Shown here: piece by piece, positions 48,843 through 58,852 of the stretch
How positions within the stretch are numbered: position 1 is the stretch's first letter
How the letters are laid out: each line of letters starts with the position of its first letter
Assembly: GCA_963826115.1 (NCBI GenBank)
Contig: CAWGVS010000005.1
Span: forward strand, 1,600,001 to 1,664,000
Reading direction: 5' to 3'
Source: an uncultured Candidatus Rokubacteria bacterium
GTDB lineage: Bacteria > Methylomirabilota > Methylomirabilia > Rokubacteriales > DASRDR01
Length of the DNA stretch: 64,000 bases
Position numbers and translations under genes: made by a program
The notes under the pieces: generated by a model
Told to the model about the DNA's origin: nothing
The model's input: the letters and a program-made list of their open reading frames with translations, nothing else
Database searches by the model: none

Positions 48843-49067
48843 ATGGCGGACGTGATCGCGGGAGGCGCGCTGGTGCTGGCCGTCGTGGGCGTCGTGATCC
48901 TGCTCGCCCTGGCGAGGCCCGCACGCTGCCGGGACTGCGGCGTCCGCGCCGTGGCCGCGGAGGAGTACGAGCTCTCGAGCACGCCGCGCGTGGTCGCGTT
49001 CGTCGAGCGCTGCCCTCGCTGCGGCGAGCTCGTGGCGCGCCGGACCGTCGGCGCCTGCCTGGACTGA
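48843..49067 (+). CDS. Small membrane-anchored zinc-ribbon protein (74 aa)
   Basis: N-terminal TM helix, then CRDC and CPRC. Confidence 0.6.
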   Translation: MADVIAGGALVLAVVGVVILLALARPARCRDCGVRAVAAEEYELSSTPRVVAFVERCPRCGELVARRTVGACLD

Positions 49068-49071
49068 CGCC

Positions 49072-49222
49072 GTGGCCCGCGACGATCTCGTGGTCCTCGG
49101 CAGCGGCCCGGCCGGCCAGACCGCGGCCATCGCCGCCGCCAAGCTCGGACGGAGGGTCGCTCTACCCGACCCTCGCGGAGACGTACGAGGTCGCGGCCCT
49201 CGACGGAATCAACCGCTGCTAG
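49072..49222 (+). pseudogene. sthA: Internally deleted soluble pyridine nucleotide transhydrogenase relic
   Basis: VARDDLVVLGSGPAGQTAAIAAAKLGRRVA joined out of frame to YPTLAETYEVAALDGINRC*; these match the N- and C-termini of SthA. Confidence 0.7.
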
Positions 49223-49246
49223 CGCTCCGGGCGAGGCGGTAGGAAG

Positions 49247-50134
49247 CTAGGCCGGGCGCCGGGCGCCCGCGCCGTCGAGCAAGCCGGTCAGCAGCCGGCG
49301 GACCCAGACGCGGACCATCTCGCGGCGGTAGTCGGCGGAGCCCATCAGGTCGGAGAGCGGTGCGCACTCCGATGCCGCCGCCTCGGCGGCCTCGCGGATC
49401 GCCGCGTCGTCGGCGACGCGGCCACGAAGCCGGGCCTCCGCGCCGCGCGCCCGCATCGCGGTCGGGGCGACGCCGCCAAGCCCGATCCGGACGTCACGGA
49501 GCCGCCCCGAGGATCCGTCGGGCACGGCGACCGCGGCCACCCCCACCAGCGGCTTGTCCTCGTCCGAGCGCGAGCAGTACTTCACGTAGCCGCTCCGCGC
49601 GCCGGCGGGCAGCCGCGGAATGCGGAGCCCGACCACCAGCTCCCCCGGGGCGAGGGCCGTCGCGTAGAAATCGGTGAAGAAATCGGTGATCGGCACCGAG
49701 CGCCGGCCGCCTGGGCCGGCCACCGCGACCTCTGCTTCCGTGCAGAGGAGCGCGGGCGCGGGATCGGAGGCCGCTTCGGCATAGCCGAGATTGCCGCCCA
49801 CGGTGGCCGCGTTCCGGATGCCGGGCGTGGCCACCGATCCCGCCGCCTGGGCCAGGAGCGGCCAGTCCCGGCGCACCTCCGGCGTCCGCTCGAGCCGGGC
49901 CATGGTCACCATCGCGCCCACGGCGAGCTGGCCGGCCTCGGACCGGAGCTCGTCGAGCCCCGGCACCCGGTGGAGGGACACCACGCGGTCCGGCCGCACG
50001 AGGCCGAGACGCATCAGGGACAGGAGCGCGGTGCCGCCCGAGACCACGCGCGTCTCGCCTTCGGTCTCGCCGAGAAGTCCCCATGCTTCGTCGAGGGACC
50101 TTGGCGTGTGGAGCGCGAACGGCGGCAGGCGCAC
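49247..50134 (-). CDS. Xanthine dehydrogenase family FAD-binding subunit (CoxM/CutM-like)
   Basis: SGGTAL, IRNAATVGGN, ASD, SDLMGSADYRR. Confidence 0.9.
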   Translation of the reverse strand: MRLPPFALHTPRSLDEAWGLLGETEGETRVVSGGTALLSLMRLGLVRPDRVVSLHRVPGLDELRSEAGQLAVGAMVTMARLERTPEVRRDWPLLAQAAGSVATPGIRNAATVGGNLGYAEAASDPAPALLCTEAEVAVAGPGGRRSVPITDFFTDFYATALAPGELVVGLRIPRLPAGARSGYVKYCSRSDEDKPLVGVAAVAVPDGSSGRLRDVRIGLGGVAPTAMRARGAEARLRGRVADDAAIREAAEAAASECAPLSDLMGSADYRREMVRVWVRRLLTGLLDGAGARRPA

Positions 50135-50138
50135 GCGG

Positions 50139-50606
50139 TCAGGCCTTCCCGCGGGCGACGGCCAGGACCGCCTCCACGATCTTGACGTAGCCGGTGCAGC
50201 GGCACAGGTTCCCGGCCAGCGCCCGACGCACGTCGGCTTCGGTGGGCGCGGAGTTCTCGGCAAGGAGCGCGTGGGCAGCCAGGAGCACTCCGGGGGTGCA
50301 GAATCCGCACTGGACCGCGCCCGAGCGCGCGAAGGCGTCCTGGAGCGCATCGGGCGCGCCGGTGCGCGGGTCGCCGAGCCCCTCCACGGTCGTGAGCTGG
50401 CGCCCATCGAGCCGCGCGGCCAGGGTGAGGCAGGCCCGCACCGGCATGCCGTCGAGGAGCACGGTGCAGGTGCCGCACACGCCCTCCCCGCAGCCGAACT
50501 TCGTCCCGTAGAGGGCGAGGCCGTCCCGCAGGAGGTCGATCACGGTCCAGTGATCCGGCGCCTCGGCGCGGCACGGCCGACCGTTCAAGGTGAACGCGAG
50601 CGTCAT
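50139..50606 (-). CDS. Xanthine dehydrogenase family 2Fe-2S subunit (CoxS-like)
   Basis: GTKFGCGEGVCGTC, QCGFCTPG, GNLCRCTGY. Confidence 0.92.
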   Translation of the reverse strand: MTLAFTLNGRPCRAEAPDHWTVIDLLRDGLALYGTKFGCGEGVCGTCTVLLDGMPVRACLTLAARLDGRQLTTVEGLGDPRTGAPDALQDAFARSGAVQCGFCTPGVLLAAHALLAENSAPTEADVRRALAGNLCRCTGYVKIVEAVLAVARGKA

Positions 50607-51061
50607 GCCGCGCCCTCGATGGCCGCCCGGACCCGCGTCGCGAACTCGCCGGCGAGCTCGGCCGCCTTGACCTTCATGACCGCGTCGCCGACCGAGCCGA
50701 GGCGTCCGAGCACCTTCACCTCGCTCCGGTAGTGCACCACCGTGGTGCCGGCCGTCGGCCCCGGGCTCAGATCGAGCGTGGACCGCACGTCGACCTGGCT
50801 GCCGAGACGCCGGTCCTCGCCGCGCCCCACCGCGACCAGGCGGCGCGGGCGATCCTGCTCCACCACGCTCATGCGCATGTCCTGGGTCGTCGAGAGAAAC
50901 CCCACCTTGACCGACAGGGTCACGCGATAGGTGCTCGGGTCCACGATCTCCAGCGCCTGGCACCCGGGGAGGCAGGGCGCGAGCCGCGCCGGGTCGACGA
51001 GGAAGGCCCACACGGTCTCCGCTGGAGCTCCCACCTGGAAGCGCTCCTCGAACACGGGCAT
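50603..51061 (-). CDS. CoxG / SRPBCC family protein
   Basis: VWAFL.DP..LAPCLPG...GRLGSVG. Confidence 0.85.
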   Translation of the reverse strand: MPVFEERFQVGAPAETVWAFLVDPARLAPCLPGCQALEIVDPSTYRVTLSVKVGFLSTTQDMRMSVVEQDRPRRLVAVGRGEDRRLGSQVDVRSTLDLSPGPTAGTTVVHYRSEVKVLGRLGSVGDAVMKVKAAELAGEFATRVRAAIEGAA

Positions 51062-51067
51062 CGCCGG

Positions 51068-53368
51068 CTACTCGGGCCGGCGCAGGGCGGTCAGCACGCG
51101 CTCCGCGGTCAGCGGGCACGCGGTGATGCGGCGGCCGACGGCGGCCGAGACCGCATTGAGAACGGCGCCCGGCGTTGGCGTCATGGCCGGCTCGCCGATG
51201 CCCTTCGCGCCGAACGGGCCGAGACCCTGCCCCGACTCCAGCAGGATGGCCTCGACCGGCGGAGCGTCGAGCGTCGAGGGGATCTTGTAGTCGAAGAGGT
51301 GCGGGTTCTTGCTCAGCCCCTGCTCGAGCACGACCTCCTCCATGAGCGCGTGCCCGAGCCCCTGGATGACGCCGCCCTCCACCTGCCCTTCCGCGCTGTG
51401 GGGGTTGATCATCTGGCCGACGTCATAGCAGGCCGCGATCCGGGTCGCGTGGACGCGTCCGGTCTCCTCGTCCACCTCGACCTCGACCGCCTGGGTGCCG
51501 AAGGTGAAGTCGTTGAAGGCCTTCCCCTGTCCGGTCTCGGGGTCGATCGTGTCCGCCGCCGGCGCGTCGAACTTCTCCAGCACCTGCACGGGACGGCCCA
51601 TCGCCGAGGCCGTCTGCACCACCGAGGCCAGCGGCACCCCGCGCGTGGTGCCGCGGACCACGGCCTGTCCGGCGGCGAGGTCGATGTCCGTCGCGGCGGC
51701 CTCGAGCATCTCGGCCGCCTGGGCCACCAGATGCTCGCGCACCGCCCGGGCCGCCTTCAGCACGGCGTTCCCGGACATCAGGAGCTGGCGGGTGGCCGTG
51801 GTGGTGCCGGCGCGCGGGGTGAAGTGGCTGTCCCGGCCGATCGCGATCACCCGCTCGGGTGCCAGCCCCAACACCTCGGCGGCGATGGAGCAGAGCGACG
51901 CCGTCTGGCCGCCGCCGACATCGGGGGCGGCGCACCGCACCACCGCCGTCCCGTCCAGCTCCATCCCCACCCAGGCGCTCGCCGAGTCGCGCGTCCAGCA
52001 CATCCGTCCGTACGGAGTGATCGAGGCCGCGAGGCCCCGCCCCACCCGCCGCGGCCCCGTGCCCGATCGAGGCGGCCCGAGGGCAGCCCACGCCCGGCGC
52101 ATGGTCTCGGCCAGCATCGGCTCGGACTCCAGCACCTGGCCGGTACCGATCGCGTCGCCCTTCCGGAGGAAGTTGCGCTCCCTGAGCTCGAGCGGGTCCA
52201 TGCCGAGAACAGCGGCCAGCGCATCCATCTGCCCCTCGTAGGCGAGGCAGGTCTGGATCGAGCCGAAAGTGCGGTAGGCGCTGGCGATCGGATTGTTCGT
52301 GTAGACGGTCCGGGCGTCCACCGCCACGTTGGGGACCCGGTAGGGTCCGGTCGCGGTCACGAGACTGTAGAGCAGGACCCACGGCGAGAGCGCGGCGTAC
52401 GCACCCGAGTCGGAGGTGAGCTCGGCGGCGATCGCCGTCAGCTCTCCGCTCCGGGTGGCGCCGGTGCGGTAGCGGATCACGTACGGATGGCGCTTCCCGT
52501 GGCCGATGAACGACTCCTCGCGCGAGAACACGAGCTGGACCGGGCGCCGGGTCTTCCACACGAGGAGGCCGAGCAGGCACTCGACGGTGACATCTTCCTT
52601 CCCGCCAAAGCCGCCGCCCAGGTAGGCGCCCTCGATCCGGACGCGGGCGTGCGGCAGGTCCAGCACGTCGGCGACGTCGCGGAAGTGCTCCAGCACCTGG
52701 GTGCTGACCCGCAGCACGACGACACCCTCGGCGTCGATCCAGCCGACGCCGGTCTCGGTCTCCATGTACGCGTGGTCGATGAACGGCGTGTGGTACGTGT
52801 GCTCGACCGTGACCTCCGCCCGGCGGAAGCCCTCGTCGACGTCGCCGCGGCGGAGGCGCCACCGGTGGAGAAGGTTACCGCCCGCATGGACTTCCGGCGC
52901 GCCCGGGGCGAGCGCGTCCAGCGGGTCGTAGACACCCGGCAGCTCCTCGTACTCCACGCGGACGCGCTCGGCCGCGAAGGCGGCCGCCTCCGGCGTCTCC
53001 GCTGCGATGGCCACCACCGGCTCGCCCTGGAAACGCACCCGGTCCTCGGCGAGCACCGGCTGGAACGCGGGCCGCGCTTCCGCCGTCGCCTCGGCCATCC
53101 GGCCGGGCAGCGCCATCCGCATCGCGTTCCGGGGCACGTCGGCGTGGGTGAGCACGGCCACCACCCCGGGCACGGCCAGGGCCTCGGCGGTGTCGATGGC
53201 GACGAGGCGTGCCGAGGCGTACGGGCTCCGGACGATCCGCCCGTGCAGCATCCCCGGCACCACGAAGTCGCCCGCAAAGATCGGGCGGCCGTACACCTTC
53301 TCCCACGCATCCGGCCGCGGCAGCGCGAGGCCGATCACCGCGTACCGGTCGCGCCCGGGTCCGCTCAC
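51068..53368 (-). CDS. Xanthine dehydrogenase family molybdopterin-binding large subunit
   Basis: HAYME, GGGFGGK, GPY, AYRTFG, GQVEGG..QGLG, GAKGIGE; AAGAAAGGA RBS before GTG at 53368. Confidence 0.92.
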   Translation of the reverse strand: MSGPGRDRYAVIGLALPRPDAWEKVYGRPIFAGDFVVPGMLHGRIVRSPYASARLVAIDTAEALAVPGVVAVLTHADVPRNAMRMALPGRMAEATAEARPAFQPVLAEDRVRFQGEPVVAIAAETPEAAAFAAERVRVEYEELPGVYDPLDALAPGAPEVHAGGNLLHRWRLRRGDVDEGFRRAEVTVEHTYHTPFIDHAYMETETGVGWIDAEGVVVLRVSTQVLEHFRDVADVLDLPHARVRIEGAYLGGGFGGKEDVTVECLLGLLVWKTRRPVQLVFSREESFIGHGKRHPYVIRYRTGATRSGELTAIAAELTSDSGAYAALSPWVLLYSLVTATGPYRVPNVAVDARTVYTNNPIASAYRTFGSIQTCLAYEGQMDALAAVLGMDPLELRERNFLRKGDAIGTGQVLESEPMLAETMRRAWAALGPPRSGTGPRRVGRGLAASITPYGRMCWTRDSASAWVGMELDGTAVVRCAAPDVGGGQTASLCSIAAEVLGLAPERVIAIGRDSHFTPRAGTTTATRQLLMSGNAVLKAARAVREHLVAQAAEMLEAAATDIDLAAGQAVVRGTTRGVPLASVVQTASAMGRPVQVLEKFDAPAADTIDPETGQGKAFNDFTFGTQAVEVEVDEETGRVHATRIAACYDVGQMINPHSAEGQVEGGVIQGLGHALMEEVVLEQGLSKNPHLFDYKIPSTLDAPPVEAILLESGQGLGPFGAKGIGEPAMTPTPGAVLNAVSAAVGRRITACPLTAERVLTALRRPE

Positions 53369-53775
53369 GCGTCCTTTCTTACGGCATCCCGTCGGGGCGC
53401 ACAAGGGCGTCCGCGCGACGCTCCCAGACCCGAGCTTCTCGACGGCGAACGCCGGCACCCGCACGTTCTCGATCTCGGCCAGCGCCGGCTTCCATGCACG
53501 CTCGGTACCCGTCCGCGTCAGCGACCTGGTCAAGATCCGAAGCAGGATGGAGCCCGGGATCTTCACGACCAGAGAACCTTCCATTCGCTCCCGAACCGCG
53601 CGGTCGATCGCGGTACGCAGGCGCCCCGATGACCTCCTGGAGGGGACGCTCGCCGGTATTCGCCGTGAATCGTCCGTCACGGAGAGGTGATCGGCCCGTC
53701 GTCACCCGGTAAGACCGCGGGGGCTACGCTGCTCCCGGTGCGGCGGACCATCGTCCGCGCTCCGAGGAGGGTCAC

Positions 53776-54069
53776 ATGACGCGACCGCAGACCGCTCGCC
53801 TCGCCGCTCCCCTGACCCGCGCACTCAGCCGGCCGGGCGCCGCGATGGGCGGCGACCACCGGGCCATGCCGGCCCTCGACCGGGCTCGGCTGGTGCGCCA
53901 GATGGTCGACCGGGCGAAGGACCTCCTGATGGCCCAGGACGGGTTCTCGGAGCCCGAGGCTTTCCGCCGGCTCCAAAAGACGAGCATGGACACCCGGACC
54001 CCGATGGTGAAAGTCGCCGAGGCCGTGCTCCTGGCCGACGAGGTACGTCGCCCGGAGCGGCGCCCGTAG
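53776..54069 (+). CDS. Stand-alone ANTAR RNA-binding domain protein
   Basis: VDRAKDLLM..DG.SE.EAFRRLQK.SMD....M..VAEA; GAGGAGG RBS. Confidence 0.85.
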   Translation: MTRPQTARLAAPLTRALSRPGAAMGGDHRAMPALDRARLVRQMVDRAKDLLMAQDGFSEPEAFRRLQKTSMDTRTPMVKVAEAVLLADEVRRPERRP

Positions 54070-54142
54070 GCGTCCCATGACGGTCCGGTCGCGCATGGGT
54101 CGCGCGCCCCGCGTCGCCTCGCCTCGAGGAGGAGAGGGACCG

Positions 54143-55039
54143 ATGAGAGTGGCATCGCACGCGCAGCTCGCGCTGTTTCCGACCCCGGCGCCCCGCCGCG
54201 CAGCCTTCGGGCGCCCATCGATGGACGCGCTCGTGGGCCGGGCCGACCTCCACGTTCATTCGCACTGGAGCGACGGGGCGCAGTCGCCGCAGACGCTCGT
54301 CCGGCGGGCGGCAGGCCGGGTCGACGTGCTCGCCATCACCGACCACGACGAGATCCGTGGAGCCCTGCTCGCGCGTCAGTTCGCGCGATCGCGGCCCGAG
54401 CTCGGTGTCGAGGTCGTCGTCGGCGAGGAGATCAGCACCCGGAACGGGCACCTCCTGGGCCTCTTCCTCGAGGAGCGAGTCCCTCCGGGTCTGCCCGCCC
54501 TCGCCACGATCGAGCTGATCCACGCGCAGGGCGGCCTGGCCGTCGTGGCGCACCCGTGCCACCCGATGAATGTCCGGGACCGCGGCGCGCCGTGTCTCAC
54601 CGACCTCATCGGCGACCTCCCGCTCGACGGCATCGAGGCCGTCAACAACGCCGGCTTCTTCTCGTGGCTGTACGACGCGATCGCCGCGCTTCGCAACCTC
54701 GAGTGGGCCCTTCCGGTGACGGGCGGCAGTGACGCGCACGATGTCTGGTACGTCGGCAGCGGCCTGACCCGGTTCGAGGGGCAACGGCCCGAGGACCTCC
54801 GAAGGGCGCTCCTGGCCGCCCGGACACGGGCCCAGGTCCGGTGGCGCTGGACGGTCGACAAGGCCCCCCGGCACCTCGCGATCCAGATGCGGAGCCTGGT
54901 CCGGTTCACCGCCATCCTGGCGCGTCGCGAGGCTCAGCCGCGCCTCTGGCGGGCCCTGGGCTCGGTCGCCACCGCGCTAGCCGGTCGTAGCGGGACCCTC
55001 AGAGCCGCGAGTGCGCCAATGCGGTCGGATACCTCGTAA
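54143..55039 (+). CDS. PHP-domain metallophosphoesterase
   Basis: DLHVHS..SDG, AITDHD, GEEIST, HLL, AHP, GGSDAH. Confidence 0.88.
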   Translation: MRVASHAQLALFPTPAPRRAAFGRPSMDALVGRADLHVHSHWSDGAQSPQTLVRRAAGRVDVLAITDHDEIRGALLARQFARSRPELGVEVVVGEEISTRNGHLLGLFLEERVPPGLPALATIELIHAQGGLAVVAHPCHPMNVRDRGAPCLTDLIGDLPLDGIEAVNNAGFFSWLYDAIAALRNLEWALPVTGGSDAHDVWYVGSGLTRFEGQRPEDLRRALLAARTRAQVRWRWTVDKAPRHLAIQMRSLVRFTAILARREAQPRLWRALGSVATALAGRSGTLRAASAPMRSDTS

Positions 55040-55051
55040 CCGCAACTTAAC
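55035..55051 (+). promoter_or_regulatory. Pho-box-like repeat pair
   Basis: cgtaac-N5-cttaac upstream of the GT4 gene. Confidence 0.4.
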
Positions 55052-55107
55052 GGGTCGATTCCCGCGCGCCGCACGGACAATCGCCCCATCGCGGAGGTCG
55101 TGCCTCT

Positions 55108-56323
55108 ATGCGGATCGCCGTATTCGCGCATGGGTTCGACGGCGGTGGGAACGGAATCGCCCCTTCGCTCCTGGCCGGGGCCCGGGCCCTCGCCCGTCGC
55201 GGTCACGCCCTCCTCGTCGCCGTCCCGCGAAACGAGGGGCCCGACGATCCAAAGACCGCGCCGGCAATCCTCGGCGGCGGACTGGACGTCGTCCGTCTCC
55301 CGTCGCTCCCACTCGGGACGGGGGCCGTCGAGCGCGTCGTGATCCCGACCGGGAGGGCGGCGGCTCACTGCCGCGCCTGGGCGCCGGACCTGGTCCACGC
55401 GCATGGGCCCTTCGGGGCCGGCCTGGAGGCCCTGACCGCCGCCCGGCTCGCCGGTGTCCCGCTGGTCGGCACGAGTCACGGCGCGATCGGGGAGCTCCCG
55501 TGGCGCGGGCCGACCGCCCTGGCGCCCGCGATCCATCGATACGCGCGGTGGTACTACGAGCGGTGCGATCTCCTCACGTCGCCGTCCGAGGCCATCGTCT
55601 CGGCGATGCACCAGGCGGGGCTCCGCGTGCCCGCGCGGGTCGTGGCCCATCCCCTGCCGCTCGATCTCAGGCCACGGGCTGAGGCGACACTCCGACCGGA
55701 AGCGCCGGCTCGGCCTGAACGGGTTCACGCTTCTACACGTTGGACGCCTCGACGCGGAGCGGCACGTCGACGAGATCCTCCACGCCATCCCCTCGCTCAT
55801 CATGCGCGTCCCTCGTCTGTCACTGACGGTCGTCGGGCGGGGACCGGAGGAGGCGGAGCTGCGACGTCTCGCCGAGCGGCTCCAGGTGACGTCGCACGTG
55901 CGCCTCGCCGGACATCTCACCGGTGAGCGTCTCGTCGACGCCTACGCCGCGAGCGACGTCTTCGTCACGATGAGCCGCGGCGGGACGCCTGACCTCCGGA
56001 CGCTCGAAGCGATGGCCTCGGGCCTGCCCGTGATCGGCGCGCGTGCCCGCGGGCTGCTGGAGCGCGTCGACACGACGTGCGGCGTGGTCGTCGAGCCCGG
56101 AGACACCACCGGCCTCATCGCGGCGATCCTCGCGCTTCACCGGGACGCCGGGCGCGCGAACGCCCTGGGCGCGGCCGGGCGCGCCCGCGCCACCCGCTTC
56201 GAGCCCGACTCGCTCGCAGTGGAATGGGAGGACGTCTACGAGGAGGTCCTCTCCCGTCACCGCCGGCATGCGCGAGCGACGGCCTCCCGGGTTGCGCCGC
56301 AACCCACCCTCCCGGGATCCTAG
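55108..56323 (+). CDS. GT4 glycosyltransferase, frameshift near 55670-55700
   Basis: MRIAVF...PDLVHAHGPF..G...VGTSH in one frame; VGRLD.E, VGRGP, DVFV, LEAMASGLPV in the next. Confidence 0.82.
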
Positions 56324-56345
56324 TGACCCGGAATACCTGCGGGAC

Positions 56346-56362
56346 CGTCACGAACTTTTCAT
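56346..56362 (+). promoter_or_regulatory. Pho-box-like repeat pair
   Basis: cgtcac-N5-tttcat upstream of the PHP relic and phnZ. Confidence 0.4.
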
Positions 56363-56387
56363 CGAGCTTCGCACCGCGAGACCGGTC

Positions 56388-56582
56388 ATGATGCAGGCAA
56401 TGGACGGCGCCTCGCCGGCCGCCGGATCCGGACGGGAGCCCGGGCCGAGCCTGGGACGCGCCGACCTTCACACCCTCAGGTTCACCCAGATCGCCGCGTG
56501 GCCCCTCCGGCGGCCCGCCCTGGCGCGCGTCGGGGGACCGTCTCGCCTGGCCGCACCGGCCGCGGCCGGAGACGGGCGATGA
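56388..56582 (+). pseudogene. Probable internally deleted PHP paralog relic
   Basis: LGRADLH followed directly by TLRFTQIAA, mirroring VGRADLH and LVRFTAILA at the two ends of the PHP domain of 54143-55039; ATGA overlap with the next gene. Confidence 0.45.
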
Positions 56583-57184
56583 GCGCGGTCGTCGACGAGA
56601 TCCTGGCGCTCTTCGAGGCCCGCGGAGGCGCCGACTACTCGATCGAGTGCGTCTCCCAGTCCGAACACGCGCTCCAGACCGCGCGCGCGGCGGTGCTGAC
56701 GGGCGGCTCGGAGCCGTTGATCGCCGCGGCGCTCCTTCACGACGTCGGGCACCTCCTCGACGACCTGGACGAGGGCGCGCTCGCCGCTCGCGGCCTGGAC
56801 GGCCGGCACGAGGCCCGAGGAGCGGCCTTCCTGAAGCGCTTCTTCCGTCCGGAGGTGGCGCGGCCGGTCGCGCTCCACGTGACGGCGAAGCGCTACCTGT
56901 GCCTGGTCGAGCCCGGCTACGCCGAGGGGTTCTCGCCGGCCTCCGCGCGGAGCCTCGTGCTCCAGGGCGGGCCGCTCGACGCCGGCCACGCGCGCGCGTT
57001 CGAGCGGCGCCCAGGCTGGCGCGACGCGGTCGCCCTCCGCCGGTGGGACGACGCGGCCAAGGTCCCGGGGCTCGAAGTCCCCGGCTTCATCGAGTACCGC
57101 GCGCTGCTCGAGGACTGCCTGGCCGTCGGCGGCGCGGCGTCTCGGATCATCGGGGCGCGCGGAGGGCCCGCCCCGATTCCGTGA
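56579..57184 (+). CDS. phnZ: PhnZ-like HD-domain di-iron oxygenase (oxidative C-P cleavage family)
   Basis: VSQSEHALQ, AALLHDVGH, HE..GA, HV.AKRYLC, S..SL.LQGGP, LRRWDD.AK. Confidence 0.85.
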   Translation: MSAVVDEILALFEARGGADYSIECVSQSEHALQTARAAVLTGGSEPLIAAALLHDVGHLLDDLDEGALAARGLDGRHEARGAAFLKRFFRPEVARPVALHVTAKRYLCLVEPGYAEGFSPASARSLVLQGGPLDAGHARAFERRPGWRDAVALRRWDDAAKVPGLEVPGFIEYRALLEDCLAVGGAASRIIGARGGPAPIP

Positions 57185-57196
57185 CGCTCGACTGGG

Positions 57197-58621
<1,425 letters not shown>

Positions 58622-58625
<4 letters not shown>

Positions 58626-58852
58626 CCCCCCTGCACCGCGCCGACGATCTCGATCCGGTCGTCCGGAGCGAGGGCCGTCGTCTCCCATTCTGCCCGCGGC
58701 ACGATCTCGTCGTTCCGGGCGACCGCCAGGCCGCGGCCGGCCGGATCCAGGCCGAGCGCCTCGAGCAGCGCGCGCACGCTCGAGGATGCCACCGAACGGC
58801 GCTCGCCGTTCACCCAGAGCTCCACCACCGCCGGCCCCTCGGCCCGTTTCAC
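58622..58852 (-). CDS. thiS: Sulfur carrier protein ThiS
   Basis: VNGE...AVARN.EIVPR.EW...D.IEIV.AVQGG with C-terminal GG. Confidence 0.93.

Noticed and set aside
49247-53368. Aerobic CO dehydrogenase (cox) call
   Set aside because: Lacks the AYxCSFR motif; treated as a generic xanthine dehydrogenase family enzyme
53369-53705. 104-aa N-terminal extension of the Mo subunit and the overlapping 108-aa ORF
   Set aside because: A good RBS and GTG at 53368 match the family start; the upstream stretch has no recognisable motif, though a gene relic cannot be excluded
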